Positions 1 through 11,434 of a stretch of 64,000 nt of DNA are shown here, one piece after another (position 1 is the stretch's first letter; the number at the start of each line of letters is the position of its first letter). The DNA comes from a phage: sequence record PQ724392.1, one strand, 5' to 3'. The position numbers and the translations under genes were made by a program. The notes under the pieces are model-generated. The model saw nothing but the letters and a program-made list of their open reading frames with translations. It made no database searches and was not told where the DNA came from.

Positions 1-2025
1 AGTGGTAACCCAAAAGCTGTTTGTTATAAGATGGATGCAATTGATGGTGAAGTATTTGCATTAATCACGGGGGAAGTAAAAGAAGAGCGACAAGACCCGA
101 CTAAACCTGAAAACGTTGTCGATTCGTTATCTAAGGGCGTTTATAAATTAAATGCTGACACCGATACATGGACACGAGTTTTTGGTAACACAGAGGATGA
201 ACGTCGACGTATTGAACATGGTTACACAAGCATGTCAACCGACGGAATTGAACTTTTTATCAGTTCAAGTAACTTCCGTTATTCCGTAGAGCCGGATACT
301 GAACTCCCTGCTAAGTATCCTGAAGAAGTTAACGAAGCAGTCAAATATGTGTATGACGAACAATGGATACATGACAAGCATTATTTGATGATGAGTTTTA
401 GGTCGAATAAAGATTCAGGTTGGGAAGAGTTTAAACCTGGCCGTATGTCATATTACGCTGAACCGTTCTTTAACTGGTCTCGTCGTGATGATACTCGTTG
501 TTGGATTACTACGTCAGACAGAGCTCTGGTTGTATATAATGACATGCTATATCAAAAGATTATCGATACCTTTGGTGGTTCATCCCCTGAACGTATTGTA
601 CACGAATACTGGAATAAAGGTCAAGTAAAAGTTACTTCTCCTAACATCGAATTCAATGGCTTTAAAAAATACGCCTCGGGTATTATGTTACACAAAAATA
701 CTGGAGAGCTTATTGGTTATTTTGAATTTGACTATCGTAAACGTGATGAAGTTAGATTAATCTGGAAACCGAAAGAAGTTATGTTCACTGCAGAATTACA
801 GAACCAGGAACATGATATTCCATGGACCCCAGATAATGACGAACAAGAGAAAGACCCAGACTTGCGTCCTCTTTTAACAAAGATGGTTCCGGATAGTTAT
901 TTGCTCCAGGATAGCAACTTCGAAAAATTCTGTGAATATTATTTGCAGTTTATCAGTGATGGCTCTGGTACCTATTATAACAACCTTTTGAACTTGATTC
1001 GCAACCAGTACCCGCGCGAGGAAGATGCATGGGAATACCTTTGGAGCGAAATGTACAAAAGAAACATATATTTGTCAAAGACCAAGCGCGACGAAGTAGT
1101 TCGTTTCTTTGAAGCAAGACAGTCTGATTTTTGGGCAACTAAGGGGACTGAAGCATCCTATAAATTTTTGTTCAAATTGTTATATAATGAAGACGTTGAA
1201 ATCGATATTGAATCCAAGAACGGAACCGAGTATGACATAATCGTCGAATCTGATAACATCAGCGAAGATATTGTTGGACAAACAATTTACACACCAACTG
1301 GTCGCAGTAACGTTACCTATATGGAACGTGACTACAAACAGGGTAAATTGAGATGGCGTATCACGATTCATAACTTACTTGGTCGCTTTATTGTTGGGCA
1401 AGAAATTAAATCCGAAAGGACTTCCTTTGAAGGCATGATTGTTCAGGGTGTTCGTGGGAAAGAATTACTTAGCAACAACATCGATTATATCAACCGAAAT
1501 CGTTCTTACTATGTAATGACCATTAAATCAAGTCTCCCAACATCTCGTTATCGTAATGACGTATTGCGATTTGTTCATCCGGTTGGATTTGGATTCGTTG
1601 GAATTACATTATTGACAATGTTTGTTAATGCAGGTCTGTCATTAAAACATACAGAAACCATTATCAATAAACTGAACAACTATCGTTGGTCGTCAGGTAT
1701 TCCGTCAGAATGGTGCGACCGTATCGCAGTTATTGGGGCCGATGGAAACATTGAGCATAGTCCTGTTACAGGTGAAGCAGTATATAATATTGCTCCTAAT
1801 GCAGGTTTACCATTCCCATTACCAGCAGATTATGATGCCGAAAACGATTTTTCGGATTTTCATGGGACTCTCCCGTCTGAACGTCGTAAAAAATACAGTC
1901 CATTGTTTGACCAGTCTGCCGTGACTTTTGCTAACTGGCGCAATTTGGTTAATCAACGTCTTAAGGATGATATTGGTAATCCACGCGACCCGAAAGAACC
2001 CACACAGGTAAAGGTAAATGAATAA
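1..2025 (+). CDS. 7: Baseplate wedge protein gp7, C-terminal ~670 codons; the frame is open to the window edge, so the gene is 5'-truncated
   Basis: Frame-1 ORF with no stop from base 1; lies directly upstream of gp8-gp12 in T4 order; T4 gp7 is ~1032 aa. Confidence 0.75.
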   Translation, partial: SGNPKAVCYKMDAIDGEVFALITGEVKEERQDPTKPENVVDSLSKGVYKLNADTDTWTRVFGNTEDERRRIEHGYTSMSTDGIELFISSSNFRYSVEPDTELPAKYPEEVNEAVKYVYDEQWIHDKHYLMMSFRSNKDSGWEEFKPGRMSYYAEPFFNWSRRDDTRCWITTSDRALVVYNDMLYQKIIDTFGGSSPERIVHEYWNKGQVKVTSPNIEFNGFKKYASGIMLHKNTGELIGYFEFDYRKRDEVRLIWKPKEVMFTAELQNQEHDIPWTPDNDEQEKDPDLRPLLTKMVPDSYLLQDSNFEKFCEYYLQFISDGSGTYYNNLLNLIRNQYPREEDAWEYLWSEMYKRNIYLSKTKRDEVVRFFEARQSDFWATKGTEASYKFLFKLLYNEDVEIDIESKNGTEYDIIVESDNISEDIVGQTIYTPTGRSNVTYMERDYKQGKLRWRITIHNLLGRFIVGQEIKSERTSFEGMIVQGVRGKELLSNNIDYINRNRSYYVMTIKSSLPTSRYRNDVLRFVHPVGFGFVGITLLTMFVNAGLSLKHTETIINKLNNYRWSSGIPSEWCDRIAVIGADGNIEHSPVTGEAVYNIAPNAGLPFPLPADYDAENDFSDFHGTLPSERRKKYSPLFDQSAVTFANWRNLVNQRLKDDIGNPRDPKEPTQVKVNE

Positions 2026-3022
2026 TTCATCTGTAGTTTATCGTTCGATAATTACCTCGAAATTTCGAACTGAAAAAATGTATAACTTTTATAAAATGAT
2101 TGGTAACGAGCCCGACCAGAATACGATGTATGTAACATTCGGTCGTGCTGAACCCTGGGCTTCGAATGAGAATGACCCGGGGTTCGCCCCTCCTTATCCG
2201 GTTGATACAGCACAAGGTGTTGAAGATACTTGGACCAATATGATGGGGGCAGTCAAAGTTTATAAATCAATGCTTGATTGTGTTGTCCCACGTAAAGACT
2301 GGGGCGATATCAGATATCCTAATCCGCTTAACTTCCAGGTAGGGGAAATTGTTGTAGCTAACAGTGCTCCATATAACCGAACTGATGTTGGTAAAGGTTG
2401 GATGGTTTATCGTTGTGTAGATGTTCCTGATGTTGGGACTTGCTCCATTTATTCCATTATCAATAAAGAAGAGTGCTTAAAACTCGGTGGTAAATGGACG
2501 GCAGAATATAACTCGACGAGAGCTCCGGCAGGGACTGGCGACACTGAAGGACGAGTTGATATGGGCGATGGTTATCTATGGGAATATTTGTATGAGATTC
2601 CGCCTGATGTATCCATCAACCGTTGTACTAACGAATATATTGTTGTTCCATGGCCTGAAGAAATCGAAGAAGACCCGTCACGTTGGGGTTACAAAGACAA
2701 TATCAGCTGGCAACAAGATGATTTCGGTTTAATATATAGAATCAAAGGATATACAATCAGATTTAAAGCATTTATGGATTCCATTTACTTCCCAGAATTC
2801 AGTCTCCCGGGAAACAAAGGCTTCCGACAGCTGTCGATTATATCCAACCCACTTGAAGTTAAAGTACATCCTAATGACCCAAATATCAAAGCAATCAAAG
2901 AATACTACGATGCAATTGATTTGGACCGTCATTCTGGGGAAATGATTTATATGGAAAACCGCCCACCAATTATTCGTGCAATGGACCAGACAGAAGAAGT
3001 TAACATTATTTTTGAATTCTAA
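2018..3022 (+). CDS. 8: Baseplate wedge protein gp8
   Basis: 334 aa, same length as T4 gp8; ATGAATAA overlap with the gp7 stop; position in the wedge cluster. Confidence 0.8.
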   Translation: MNNSSVVYRSIITSKFRTEKMYNFYKMIGNEPDQNTMYVTFGRAEPWASNENDPGFAPPYPVDTAQGVEDTWTNMMGAVKVYKSMLDCVVPRKDWGDIRYPNPLNFQVGEIVVANSAPYNRTDVGKGWMVYRCVDVPDVGTCSIYSIINKEECLKLGGKWTAEYNSTRAPAGTGDTEGRVDMGDGYLWEYLYEIPPDVSINRCTNEYIVVPWPEEIEEDPSRWGYKDNISWQQDDFGLIYRIKGYTIRFKAFMDSIYFPEFSLPGNKGFRQLSIISNPLEVKVHPNDPNIKAIKEYYDAIDLDRHSGEMIYMENRPPIIRAMDQTEEVNIIFEF

Positions 3023-3025
3023 CTA

Positions 3026-3048
3026 GGGACCTTCGGGTCCCTTTTTTA
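3026..3048 (+). terminator. Rho-independent terminator after gp8
   Basis: GGGACCTTCGGGTCCC hairpin followed by a T-run. Confidence 0.7.
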
Positions 3049-3051
3049 TTC

Positions 3052-3059
3052 TATAAATA
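3052..3059 (+). promoter_or_regulatory. T4-type late promoter (TATAAATA) for gp9 and downstream wedge genes
   Basis: Exact TATAAATA about 28 nt upstream of the gp9 ATG, just after a terminator. Confidence 0.6.
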
Positions 3060-3086
3060 TAGCTATATCAATAACGAGGCTTACCT

Positions 3087-3956
3087 ATGATTAATCAAAC
3101 CCCAAAATTATTAGTAGACATCGGCGAGATTGGTAACGCCAGCACCGGTGATATTCTATATGAAGGCGGTCGTAAACTGAACGTGGATTTAGACAGTTTG
3201 TATAATACATTTGGCGACCAGCGTCTGTACTCTGTGAACAATGGAGAAAACACCCAGGTCCTTCATGCGACTGGGTACTATCAAAAAGCTACAAATATCA
3301 TCGAATGGAACTCAACTGTTGCTCTCGGTTCTATGCGTGATGTCAATACTGCCGAAGGTGTTATCACTGCAAGAATTGCAAAAGGTAAAGCAGGTGAAGG
3401 TGTTATCTTTATTAACTCCAATGGTTCATTATCTACCTCGATGCCTCTGGAAGTTGAACTACAAGGCACGGATTCATTCCTGACCGCTGCAACGAACAAA
3501 ATGAAATTTACTCAGCCTTATACAAAAATTACATTGTGGTGTATTGACGATGCTAACGGCGTAGGGACCTGGGACTACAAAATTGAAAGTATGTTTGGTA
3601 ACCAATCTGTATTGCTCGACAAAACATACAATATGAGCTCGGTTGTTCGTGATATTCCAATCGCTTACCGCGCAGATTATAAAACTATCAAATTGATGCT
3701 TACGGCTATTTCAACAGACGAAACTAAATACAAAGCATCAGAAATGTTACTTTACATCGACCTTAAGGACCGCAAGGTATATAGCACAGAATACGCTGTA
3801 ATCAGACGTGGACAAGCTAACGACGATGATGAGATATATGCTATCGATTTTAGAATTGATAACCAGGATATCATACAGGCGGCTATAAGCTCACCCACTG
3901 CCATGAAGCTCGCTATTAAAGTAATTTCCGCCCAAACAATCGGAGTACCGGTATAA
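3087..3956 (+). CDS. 9: Baseplate wedge / long tail fiber socket protein gp9
   Basis: 289 aa (T4 gp9 288 aa); preceded by a terminator and a TATAAATA late promoter; Shine-Dalgarno upstream. Confidence 0.8.
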   Translation: MINQTPKLLVDIGEIGNASTGDILYEGGRKLNVDLDSLYNTFGDQRLYSVNNGENTQVLHATGYYQKATNIIEWNSTVALGSMRDVNTAEGVITARIAKGKAGEGVIFINSNGSLSTSMPLEVELQGTDSFLTAATNKMKFTQPYTKITLWCIDDANGVGTWDYKIESMFGNQSVLLDKTYNMSSVVRDIPIAYRADYKTIKLMLTAISTDETKYKASEMLLYIDLKDRKVYSTEYAVIRRGQANDDDEIYAIDFRIDNQDIIQAAISSPTAMKLAIKVISAQTIGVPV

Positions 3957-5767
3957 TGAAACAGAATTTAAAAATTGGCAATATGGTTGATGATGGTACT
4001 GGTGATTACCTTCGTCTCGGCGGTCAAAAAATAAATAATAACTTTGATGACCTTTATTATCAGCTAGGGGACGGTGAAAATCCCCATGCAGCTGGTGCAT
4101 GGAAAACTTGGACTACGCAAGAAGGCACCGAGTTGTCCGCTGTTATGGGTCGAAGCTATACCATCGATACATCAGCCGGTGCAGTTCGAGTTATCCTTCC
4201 AAAAGGAACAACTCAAGAATACAATTATGTAATTCGCTTGCGTGATGTGTTTGCTACCTGGCAAATCAACCCGGTGACAATTGTTCCTGCAGTTGGGGAT
4301 ACGATTAAAGGCTCACCGAATCCAGTAGAAATTAAACGCAACTTAGCCGACCTTGAACTTGTATATTGTTCACCCGGTCGTTGGGAATATATCGATAATA
4401 AACAAGTCGATAAAATTTCAAATAACGACGTTGCCACAGTTGCATCCCAACAGTTTATTGCCACCGAAGGACAAACTGACTTTATCAATGTGTTTGGTGC
4501 TATTCCATATAGCGTATCGAACTTAGAAGTCAAACATCGTGGTAACGACCTGTTTTATGGTAAAGATGATATTTTCGACCCGGTGAATGCTGAATTTGGT
4601 TCCCCTGGTGCAAACCCTGGTGAAATCGTTGCGCTTGATGGTAAAAGCATCCGTCTGAAAATGCCATGTGCTGAAGGTGATACTGTTATCATCCGAACAT
4701 TTAATGATGGTATTGCTCAATGGCGTAGTTCGTATAATCGTCGTGATATACTTGTTCGTAGTCAAGACAGGACCAAAGAAACAACAATTAATGGTTCTTT
4801 GATTGTTACAGATTTGACAACCAAACACACCTTTACAATTGAAGAACTTGGTATTTCTCCGGGTAGCCCAATTAACCCAAACGCATGTCAGGTATTCATT
4901 AACAGTATTTTGCAACATCAAGCTGGTACTGCGGGAACTCCAGTATTTTATTGTGAAGGTGCACAAGGTTCTACTGCTGCAGAATGTAGTGCAAATGGTG
5001 GTAGCTGGTCTGAATCAAACCAGGATTATTTGCTGCAATTTGATGATGATAACCGTATCGAAGGCATTAGCATTTACCGTGAATTTGAAGACGGTGATAT
5101 TCTGTCAGTCATTTGGTACAATAACGATATCGGCACAACTATGACCATGGATGAAATCCGTGATGAGACTGATACTCTTTATGTTTCTCAGGGAAATACG
5201 TTGAGCCTAACCGGTCGTGTGCGTATTACAGATTTTGATAATCCGTTTGCACCAAACGTTGAACCAGTCGGTCTTCAGGAAGTTGTTCCATCTTCTGTTG
5301 GCGCTATCTTTGAATTATTCTATCCGGTCGGTACAATTTACGAAAATACGGTTAACCCAAATAACCCGGTTACTTATATGGGATTTGGTTCATGGAAACG
5401 TTTGAAAGAACGTGTAATTGTTGCCTGGTCAGACGACCCTGCCTCAAACTTCCATACAAACAATAATGACCTGGATTCTGGTGGTAACCCACAAGCGACA
5501 GCAGGTGGTACAGGTGGTAGCGTTGAAGTTCATATTAAAGATATAAACGTACCTAAACTTGAAACTGATGAGAAGGTTTTAGTTGTTGATGATAATGGTC
5601 CGATTGTTGTCGGTGGTTGTCAGGTAGACCCAGATGCACAAGGTCCAGCCTATACCAAATACAGAGAAGACAAAGCCACCATTAATCAGGCGCAAGACCC
5701 TCAAGCTCAACCGGTTTATACAATGCCTCCATATTTGATTGCTCATCGCTGGGTAAGGATTGCTTAA
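3956..5767 (+). CDS. 10: Baseplate wedge protein gp10
   Basis: 603 aa (T4 gp10 602 aa); TAATG overlap with the gp9 stop. Confidence 0.8.
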   Translation: MKQNLKIGNMVDDGTGDYLRLGGQKINNNFDDLYYQLGDGENPHAAGAWKTWTTQEGTELSAVMGRSYTIDTSAGAVRVILPKGTTQEYNYVIRLRDVFATWQINPVTIVPAVGDTIKGSPNPVEIKRNLADLELVYCSPGRWEYIDNKQVDKISNNDVATVASQQFIATEGQTDFINVFGAIPYSVSNLEVKHRGNDLFYGKDDIFDPVNAEFGSPGANPGEIVALDGKSIRLKMPCAEGDTVIIRTFNDGIAQWRSSYNRRDILVRSQDRTKETTINGSLIVTDLTTKHTFTIEELGISPGSPINPNACQVFINSILQHQAGTAGTPVFYCEGAQGSTAAECSANGGSWSESNQDYLLQFDDDNRIEGISIYREFEDGDILSVIWYNNDIGTTMTMDEIRDETDTLYVSQGNTLSLTGRVRITDFDNPFAPNVEPVGLQEVVPSSVGAIFELFYPVGTIYENTVNPNNPVTYMGFGSWKRLKERVIVAWSDDPASNFHTNNNDLDSGGNPQATAGGTGGSVEVHIKDINVPKLETDEKVLVVDDNGPIVVGGCQVDPDAQGPAYTKYREDKATINQAQDPQAQPVYTMPPYLIAHRWVRIA

Positions 5768-6432
5768 TGAAAACATTAACGAATAAAAAGGCTGGAGTAA
5801 TTTCCCGCCTTGCTAGTTGCTTAGAATTTCAAAATACATCAAAAAATATTACGGCTGTCATGGGTCAACGAGCAATCGGCGGCCCATCCGCAACACAAAC
5901 AACCGAGGGTATTTTTTATCCAACAGTTCAGAGCGCAATAGATGATATTGCGTTTCGATATGAGCTTCCGGTTGGCAGTGTAATTACTAATACGAATAAC
6001 CTTTCTCCTGCGGCAATCAGTCAGTCGGATAAAATTAAATTTACCGGGTCTATTTCTGGTGCTGGAGTTGGTGATACTGTTTTATTTTTCATTTTTGGTA
6101 TTCCAGTTGAGGTTATTGTCGGGGATTCGGCTGTATTAGTTGCTTCCAAGGTTAACGATGCTTTGCTGGCGGCTGTTGCTGATAGTTTAATTGTGTCAAG
6201 CTCTGCAATTGATAGTGTAGACCAGTCTATATTAAATATTACATATAACGACTATCAAAACCATAATTTTGCACCCTTTACTCAATATGGTTGTACGCTT
6301 AGCCAGACTATTATACAGCAACCGCGCGGTGGTTATGGTTCCTGGGAATATCTTGGAACTTCAACCCAGACATTATCAGGTGGCACAGCAGATGGCGCAA
6401 TTTCACTTTACCATTATAAGCGAGTATCGTAA
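5767..6432 (+). CDS. 11: Baseplate wedge / short tail fiber attachment protein gp11
   Basis: 221 aa (T4 gp11 219 aa); TAATG coupling with gp10. Confidence 0.8.
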   Translation: MKTLTNKKAGVISRLASCLEFQNTSKNITAVMGQRAIGGPSATQTTEGIFYPTVQSAIDDIAFRYELPVGSVITNTNNLSPAAISQSDKIKFTGSISGAGVGDTVLFFIFGIPVEVIVGDSAVLVASKVNDALLAAVADSLIVSSSAIDSVDQSILNITYNDYQNHNFAPFTQYGCTLSQTIIQQPRGGYGSWEYLGTSTQTLSGGTADGAISLYHYKRVS

Positions 6433-7982
6433 TGACAACGACTAACACGCTAAAACACATTAGCGATAAATCCGAATATAAAACATTCGACCCGACGGGA
6501 ACAGCTTTCCCGTCGACTGTTACCAACGTACAAGAGGCTTTAGGGTCTCTTAATAAAATTGCGTTAGATGGTTATATCCCAGCCTCATCCGAAACGACCG
6601 CAGGACTCATCAGGCTAGCCACCACACAAGAAGTTATTGATGGTATTAGTCCAGACTCTGCTGTCACCCCAGCGACCTTAAAAGCTCGTTTAGACATTCC
6701 TACGCAAGCTACAGAAACTTATGTAGGTATTACCCGTTATGCAACCAATGCCGAAGCAATTGCCGGGACAGTAACCGATGCAGCTATTGTTCCATCTTCA
6801 TTAAAAGCAACAATTGATAATGTTTTTACTGTTCGTGTTGGTACTGAAAATAACCTGGGTGTTCTTCGTATTAGTACCGAGGATGCAGCTTTAGCTGGCA
6901 CAGATGACACAACCGCTATGTCTCCGTTGAAAGTTGCTCTGGCAATTGGCAAAGCAACAGCAGCGCTTCCAACTTATTCAACTGCCACACAAACTGTTTC
7001 TGGTTTAGTACGAATTGCTACAAATGCTGAAGTGCAAGCAGGAACCCTGGGTGACGGTGTAGCAATTTCTCCAGCAGGTTTAAATGCTCGTACAGCAACA
7101 CAAGACCGCGCTGGGATTATTCGTCTTGGTAATCAGTCAGAGATTAATAACAGTGCTGATGGTGTTGCGGTAACTGGCGCAACTCTTAATGGTCGTGGAG
7201 CCACAACCGATAATCGCGGCGTCGTTAGATTAACTACTCAGGCTGGGGTTGCTCCTGGTGGTGATGGTGCCGGTGCACTGGCTTGGAATGCTGATGTAAT
7301 CAACACTCGCGGTGGTCAACGAATTAATGGAAGTCTTTCTTTAGATTATATTTCCACCGGCAATTTTGATTCCAATACAGCTCATATGGGCGGTCAATTA
7401 CTTTCTACACAGCGTTATGCTTCTGAACGGGTTCCGGTTGGAACGGTGATGATGTTCGCAGGTGATAGTGCTCCTCCTGGCTGGATTATGTGTCACGGCG
7501 GCACCGTTAATGGTGACCAATTCCCTGACTATCGAAATACTGTTGGAACTCGTTTCGGTGGCGATTGGACCAACGTCGGTATTCCTGATATGCGTGGTTT
7601 GTTTGTTCGTGGTGCTGGTACCGGTGGACATATTCTGAATAACCGTGGTCAAGATGGTTATGGCAAAGACCGTTTGGGTGTTGGTTGTGATGGTTCATGG
7701 GTCGGTGGTGTACAAGCTCAGCAAATGTCATATCATAAACACGCGGGTGGTTGGGGTGAATACCAACGTAACGAAGCTCCATTTGGTGCATCAGTTTATC
7801 AAGGTTATCTGGGTACAAGAAAATATGCAGACTGGGATAACGCTTCATATTTTACTAACGATGGATTTGAACTCGGTGGCGGCAGAGATGCTTTAGGTAC
7901 GTTAAACCGTGAAGGTCTTATTGGTTATGAAACTCGCCCATGGAATATGTCTTTAAACTATATTATCAAAATTCATTACTAA
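6432..7982 (+). CDS. 12: Short tail fiber protein gp12
   Basis: 516 aa (T4 ~527 aa); N-terminal repeated G-x-(I/V)-R-(L/I)-(A/S)-T motifs and Gly-rich C-terminal domain; TAATG coupling with gp11. Confidence 0.8.
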   Translation: MTTTNTLKHISDKSEYKTFDPTGTAFPSTVTNVQEALGSLNKIALDGYIPASSETTAGLIRLATTQEVIDGISPDSAVTPATLKARLDIPTQATETYVGITRYATNAEAIAGTVTDAAIVPSSLKATIDNVFTVRVGTENNLGVLRISTEDAALAGTDDTTAMSPLKVALAIGKATAALPTYSTATQTVSGLVRIATNAEVQAGTLGDGVAISPAGLNARTATQDRAGIIRLGNQSEINNSADGVAVTGATLNGRGATTDNRGVVRLTTQAGVAPGGDGAGALAWNADVINTRGGQRINGSLSLDYISTGNFDSNTAHMGGQLLSTQRYASERVPVGTVMMFAGDSAPPGWIMCHGGTVNGDQFPDYRNTVGTRFGGDWTNVGIPDMRGLFVRGAGTGGHILNNRGQDGYGKDRLGVGCDGSWVGGVQAQQMSYHKHAGGWGEYQRNEAPFGASVYQGYLGTRKYADWDNASYFTNDGFELGGGRDALGTLNREGLIGYETRPWNMSLNYIIKIHY

Positions 7983-7990
7983 GGACCAAA

Positions 7991-9616
7991 ATGATTAATA
8001 AACTCAGTCTCAAAGAACTGCCGTATAGCATCGGTATTCCAGACGAAGGTCAACAGAGAATTCGTTGGATACAAAACGGCGATTGTATGACTGCGGCCAG
8101 TACCAAATATGGTCATGATGGTAATTTGAACGCCGCTGCAGTTGGCGTTCAAACAAACGTAGATACACTCGACGACAACTCAAATGCATCTAAAGAAAAA
8201 ATAAACGAAATTATTGATAACGTCAATAATATTCAGGAAGCTTTGAATATAACAACTAACACGGAAGTTGTTAAACAAATTGAAAAAAACCGTACGGATA
8301 TTCTTGACCTTGATGAACGTCAATTTAATACCGAATTGTTATCAAGCGAAACATCTGAAGACCTTAAAAAGTTAAAAGAAGATGTTGGTGTTTATGACCC
8401 GTTAACCGATTCATATTATCGCACAGTTCGTAATGACCTCGTATGGATTAAAAATGAATTAGGCCAGTATGTTGACCAAGATATAAATGGTCTCCAGGTT
8501 ATCGGCAATCCGTCAAAAGGCATGAAACGCCGCATCATCGATAACAGTTCGGCTATTGTTGCCCATGGAGTTCGTATTAAGACTCTTGAAGATAACTATC
8601 ATGATTCTGATGTTGGTTCTCTTAACGTAAAAGTAATTAAAATTCGTGAAGAATTAGGTGAGTCTACTTTAGCAACAGGTAAACCGGCTGTATTTGTTCG
8701 ACTGAATACTCTTGATGGTAAAGCAGTTGAAATTGACGAAGATATTGCCAACATTCAAGAAGCTATTGGTTTTGGTACCGGACTTGCAATTACAACTCGC
8801 GTTGAAAATCTTGGTGGACGTGTTTCGGTCAATGAAACAGATATTGCGAATATCAAACCAAGACTTGCTAAGGTTGAAGCTGATATCGGCACCGCTCTGG
8901 AACCGTTAACAATTAATGGTCGAATCAGTGCTTTGCGCTCGGATGTTAATGGCTTACAGGTTGTTGTTGGTCAGGATTCAAGCTCTGGTTTACGCGGAAC
9001 CACTGCATGGCTTTCTCAGAGAATCGGTACAGAGCAATCTCCGGAGCCAAACACTATCACGTATAAGTTGAATGCGACCACTACACTGGCTAACGAAACT
9101 GCATCAGGCCTTCAGGATGTACAGGCCGAAATCGGTACAAATAACACTGGTATGAAAGGCTCTATTTTGACTTTAACTAGCCAGATGAATGGTACAAACC
9201 CTAACGGTGCTACTGTGGCTGAACGTGGTGTTCTTCCGGTTGTAATTAACTTGGATATGCTGATGGCGTCCAAGCTGAACGACGCACCATTGGACAATAA
9301 GTTATATGGTCGCAAGCAAGGAAACTGGACTGAAATTATCGATACCAGAACCGAGATTGATGCAATTAAACTCGATACTGCAAAAATTGCACCATTAACC
9401 ACTCGCGTGACAACCCTTGAAGGTACAGTAACTCCGCTCCCTGGTCGCCTGGATGCGGCCGAGGCGAAGATAACTACTTTAGAAGGTAAAGTATCAGCCT
9501 TAGAAACAGAGCTCGCCAAAAGGCCTCCTGTCGCTCCTGCAGCTGATGGTCTCCCTTATGTGCTCGTTGATAATGCATGGGTTCTTTTGTCTACATTCGT
9601 GACTGTTGGACCATAA
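7991..9616 (+). CDS. wac: Fibritin (whisker antigen control) with C-terminal foldon-like motif
   Basis: Start moved to the internal ATG at 7991 (AAGGA Shine-Dalgarno; the track start at 7940 lies inside gp12). N-terminus matches T4 fibritin; C-terminus GLPYVLVDNAWVLLSTF resembles the T4 foldon; terminator follows. Confidence 0.8.
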   Translation: MINKLSLKELPYSIGIPDEGQQRIRWIQNGDCMTAASTKYGHDGNLNAAAVGVQTNVDTLDDNSNASKEKINEIIDNVNNIQEALNITTNTEVVKQIEKNRTDILDLDERQFNTELLSSETSEDLKKLKEDVGVYDPLTDSYYRTVRNDLVWIKNELGQYVDQDINGLQVIGNPSKGMKRRIIDNSSAIVAHGVRIKTLEDNYHDSDVGSLNVKVIKIREELGESTLATGKPAVFVRLNTLDGKAVEIDEDIANIQEAIGFGTGLAITTRVENLGGRVSVNETDIANIKPRLAKVEADIGTALEPLTINGRISALRSDVNGLQVVVGQDSSSGLRGTTAWLSQRIGTEQSPEPNTITYKLNATTTLANETASGLQDVQAEIGTNNTGMKGSILTLTSQMNGTNPNGATVAERGVLPVVINLDMLMASKLNDAPLDNKLYGRKQGNWTEIIDTRTEIDAIKLDTAKIAPLTTRVTTLEGTVTPLPGRLDAAEAKITTLEGKVSALETELAKRPPVAPAADGLPYVLVDNAWVLLSTFVTVGP

Positions 9617-9621
9617 CAAAA

Positions 9622-9639
9622 GGGCTTCGGCCCTTTTTT
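9622..9639 (+). terminator. Rho-independent terminator after fibritin
   Basis: GGGCTTCGGCCC hairpin (UUCG loop) followed by TTTTTT. Confidence 0.7.
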
Positions 9640-9641
9640 CG

Positions 9642-9649
9642 TATAAATA
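9642..9649 (+). promoter_or_regulatory. T4-type late promoter for gp13
   Basis: Exact TATAAATA 19 nt upstream of the gp13 ATG. Confidence 0.6.
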
Positions 9650-9667
9650 CAGTAAAGAGGAAAACAT

Positions 9668-10606
9668 ATGGCAACTGAATCATACAACCCGAAACAATTA
9701 AAAGATGCAATCCTTCGACGTCTTGGTGCTCCAATTACGAATATCGAAGTTACGACCGAACAGGTCTATGATTGCATCCAGCGTGCATTAGAATTATATG
9801 GCGAATATCATTATAATGGTTATAACAAAGGTTATCAGGCTTTTTATATCGGTCATGATGATGTTTCACAACAGAAATTTCGCGATGGTGTTTTCGATTT
9901 AAAAGGCCGTAATATTTTTGCAGTAACGCAGATTATTCGTACTAACGTCGGTTCATTAACTTCGATGGATGGTCAAGCTACATATCCATGGTTCACAGAT
10001 TTTGTTCTGGGACTGGCCGGGATTAACGGTGGAATGGGTAGCTCATGTAACAGCTTTGGTCCAAATGCTTTTGGTGCAGACCTTGGTTATTTTACACAGC
10101 TTATGCAATATCGTTCAATGATGCAAGACCTGATGGTTCCGCTTCCGGATTACTGGTATAATGACGATACTGAACAACTTAAAATTATGGGCAACTTCCG
10201 TCAGGGAGATGTGATTGTAATTGAAGTTTATACCAAATCGTATAACGGCGTGGATTCAATGGTAGGTAATACAGCTGGATATGGTTTTGCTTCGGCCGAT
10301 TGTGATAATCCGTGGAATGCTGGCGCACAGTGGGATAACCCAGCGCGCAGAATAAGCGGTATGAGAGCCGGTGAGGACCTTGGGCTTCAAGATGGTGCAT
10401 ACAACAACCGTTGGGTGAAAGACTATGCCACAGCGCTCGTTAAGGAAGTTAACGGCAACGTATTGGCTAAACACCAGGGGATGATGATGCCAGGTGGTAC
10501 CACGGTTGATGGTGTTCGTTTAATTGAAGAAGCTCGTATGGAAAAAGAACGTCTCCGCGAAGAACTTGACCTGCTGGATGCACCGACTCCTATATTGGTG
10601 GGCTAA
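9668..10606 (+). CDS. 13: Neck protein gp13
   Basis: 312 aa (T4 309 aa); late promoter and AAAGAGGAAAA Shine-Dalgarno upstream. Confidence 0.75.
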   Translation: MATESYNPKQLKDAILRRLGAPITNIEVTTEQVYDCIQRALELYGEYHYNGYNKGYQAFYIGHDDVSQQKFRDGVFDLKGRNIFAVTQIIRTNVGSLTSMDGQATYPWFTDFVLGLAGINGGMGSSCNSFGPNAFGADLGYFTQLMQYRSMMQDLMVPLPDYWYNDDTEQLKIMGNFRQGDVIVIEVYTKSYNGVDSMVGNTAGYGFASADCDNPWNAGAQWDNPARRISGMRAGEDLGLQDGAYNNRWVKDYATALVKEVNGNVLAKHQGMMMPGGTTVDGVRLIEEARMEKERLREELDLLDAPTPILVG

Positions 10607-11391
10607 TGGCTACTTATGACGCAAGATTATTCGCCCGGCTCGAAGACGGGACCGGGTATGACAATACCAATGCTACAGAGATATTGAACCCTTATGTAAA
10701 CTTTATGCATCATGAAAATACCCAGACTTTAGCCGATGCTATTGTTGCTGAAAGTATTCAGATGCGCGGGATGTCTCTCTATTATATCCCAAGACAATTC
10801 GTTAAACCAGATTTGTTATTTGGTGAAGACCTCCAGAGTAAATTTGATAAAGCATGGAAATTTGCTGGATATCTGGATACGTTCGATGCATATCAGGGTG
10901 ATGGTTCTATCTTTAGTAAATTCGGTATGACTGTGAACGATGAAATTACAATATCCATTAACCCTAATCTGTTTAAACACCAATGCAATGGAACTGAACC
11001 TATTGCCGGGGATTTGATTTATTTCCCTCTTGATAACAGCCTGTTCGAAATTACATGGGTGCAACCTTATGACCCATTCTATCAGGTAGGTCAAAATGCT
11101 ATCCGTAAAATCACCGCGAGCAAATACATTTACTCTGGAGAAGAGCTTAAACCCGAATTGCAACGAAATGAAGGTATTAATATTCCAGAATTCAGTGAGC
11201 TCGATTTACAACCAATCCACAATATCGACGGTCTTACAGATATCAGCGATATCCCTTATGCTGAATCCAATGAGATTAACACAGAAGCAGCTGAATATGT
11301 TAAACCATATTTTGTGCAGAATGGTCGTGGACTTGAGGCTCCACCTAAGGCAAAACAGGATAGCTTTGACGATAGTTTCTTTGATGAATAA
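10606..11391 (+). CDS. 14: Neck protein gp14
   Basis: 261 aa (T4 256 aa); TAATG coupling with gp13. Confidence 0.75.
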   Translation: MATYDARLFARLEDGTGYDNTNATEILNPYVNFMHHENTQTLADAIVAESIQMRGMSLYYIPRQFVKPDLLFGEDLQSKFDKAWKFAGYLDTFDAYQGDGSIFSKFGMTVNDEITISINPNLFKHQCNGTEPIAGDLIYFPLDNSLFEITWVQPYDPFYQVGQNAIRKITASKYIYSGEELKPELQRNEGINIPEFSELDLQPIHNIDGLTDISDIPYAESNEINTEAAEYVKPYFVQNGRGLEAPPKAKQDSFDDSFFDE

Positions 11392-11434
11392 ATACATTTA
11401 TTAATGCGCCCGAACTGGGCGCCTGGAGGTTACT

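Noticed and set aside
6432-7982. Internal sequence repeats in gp12 (and the Ig-like repeats in hoc at 27498-28631)
   Set aside because: These are protein-domain repeats expected for short tail fibres and Hoc, not mobile DNA repeats or CRISPR-like arrays.
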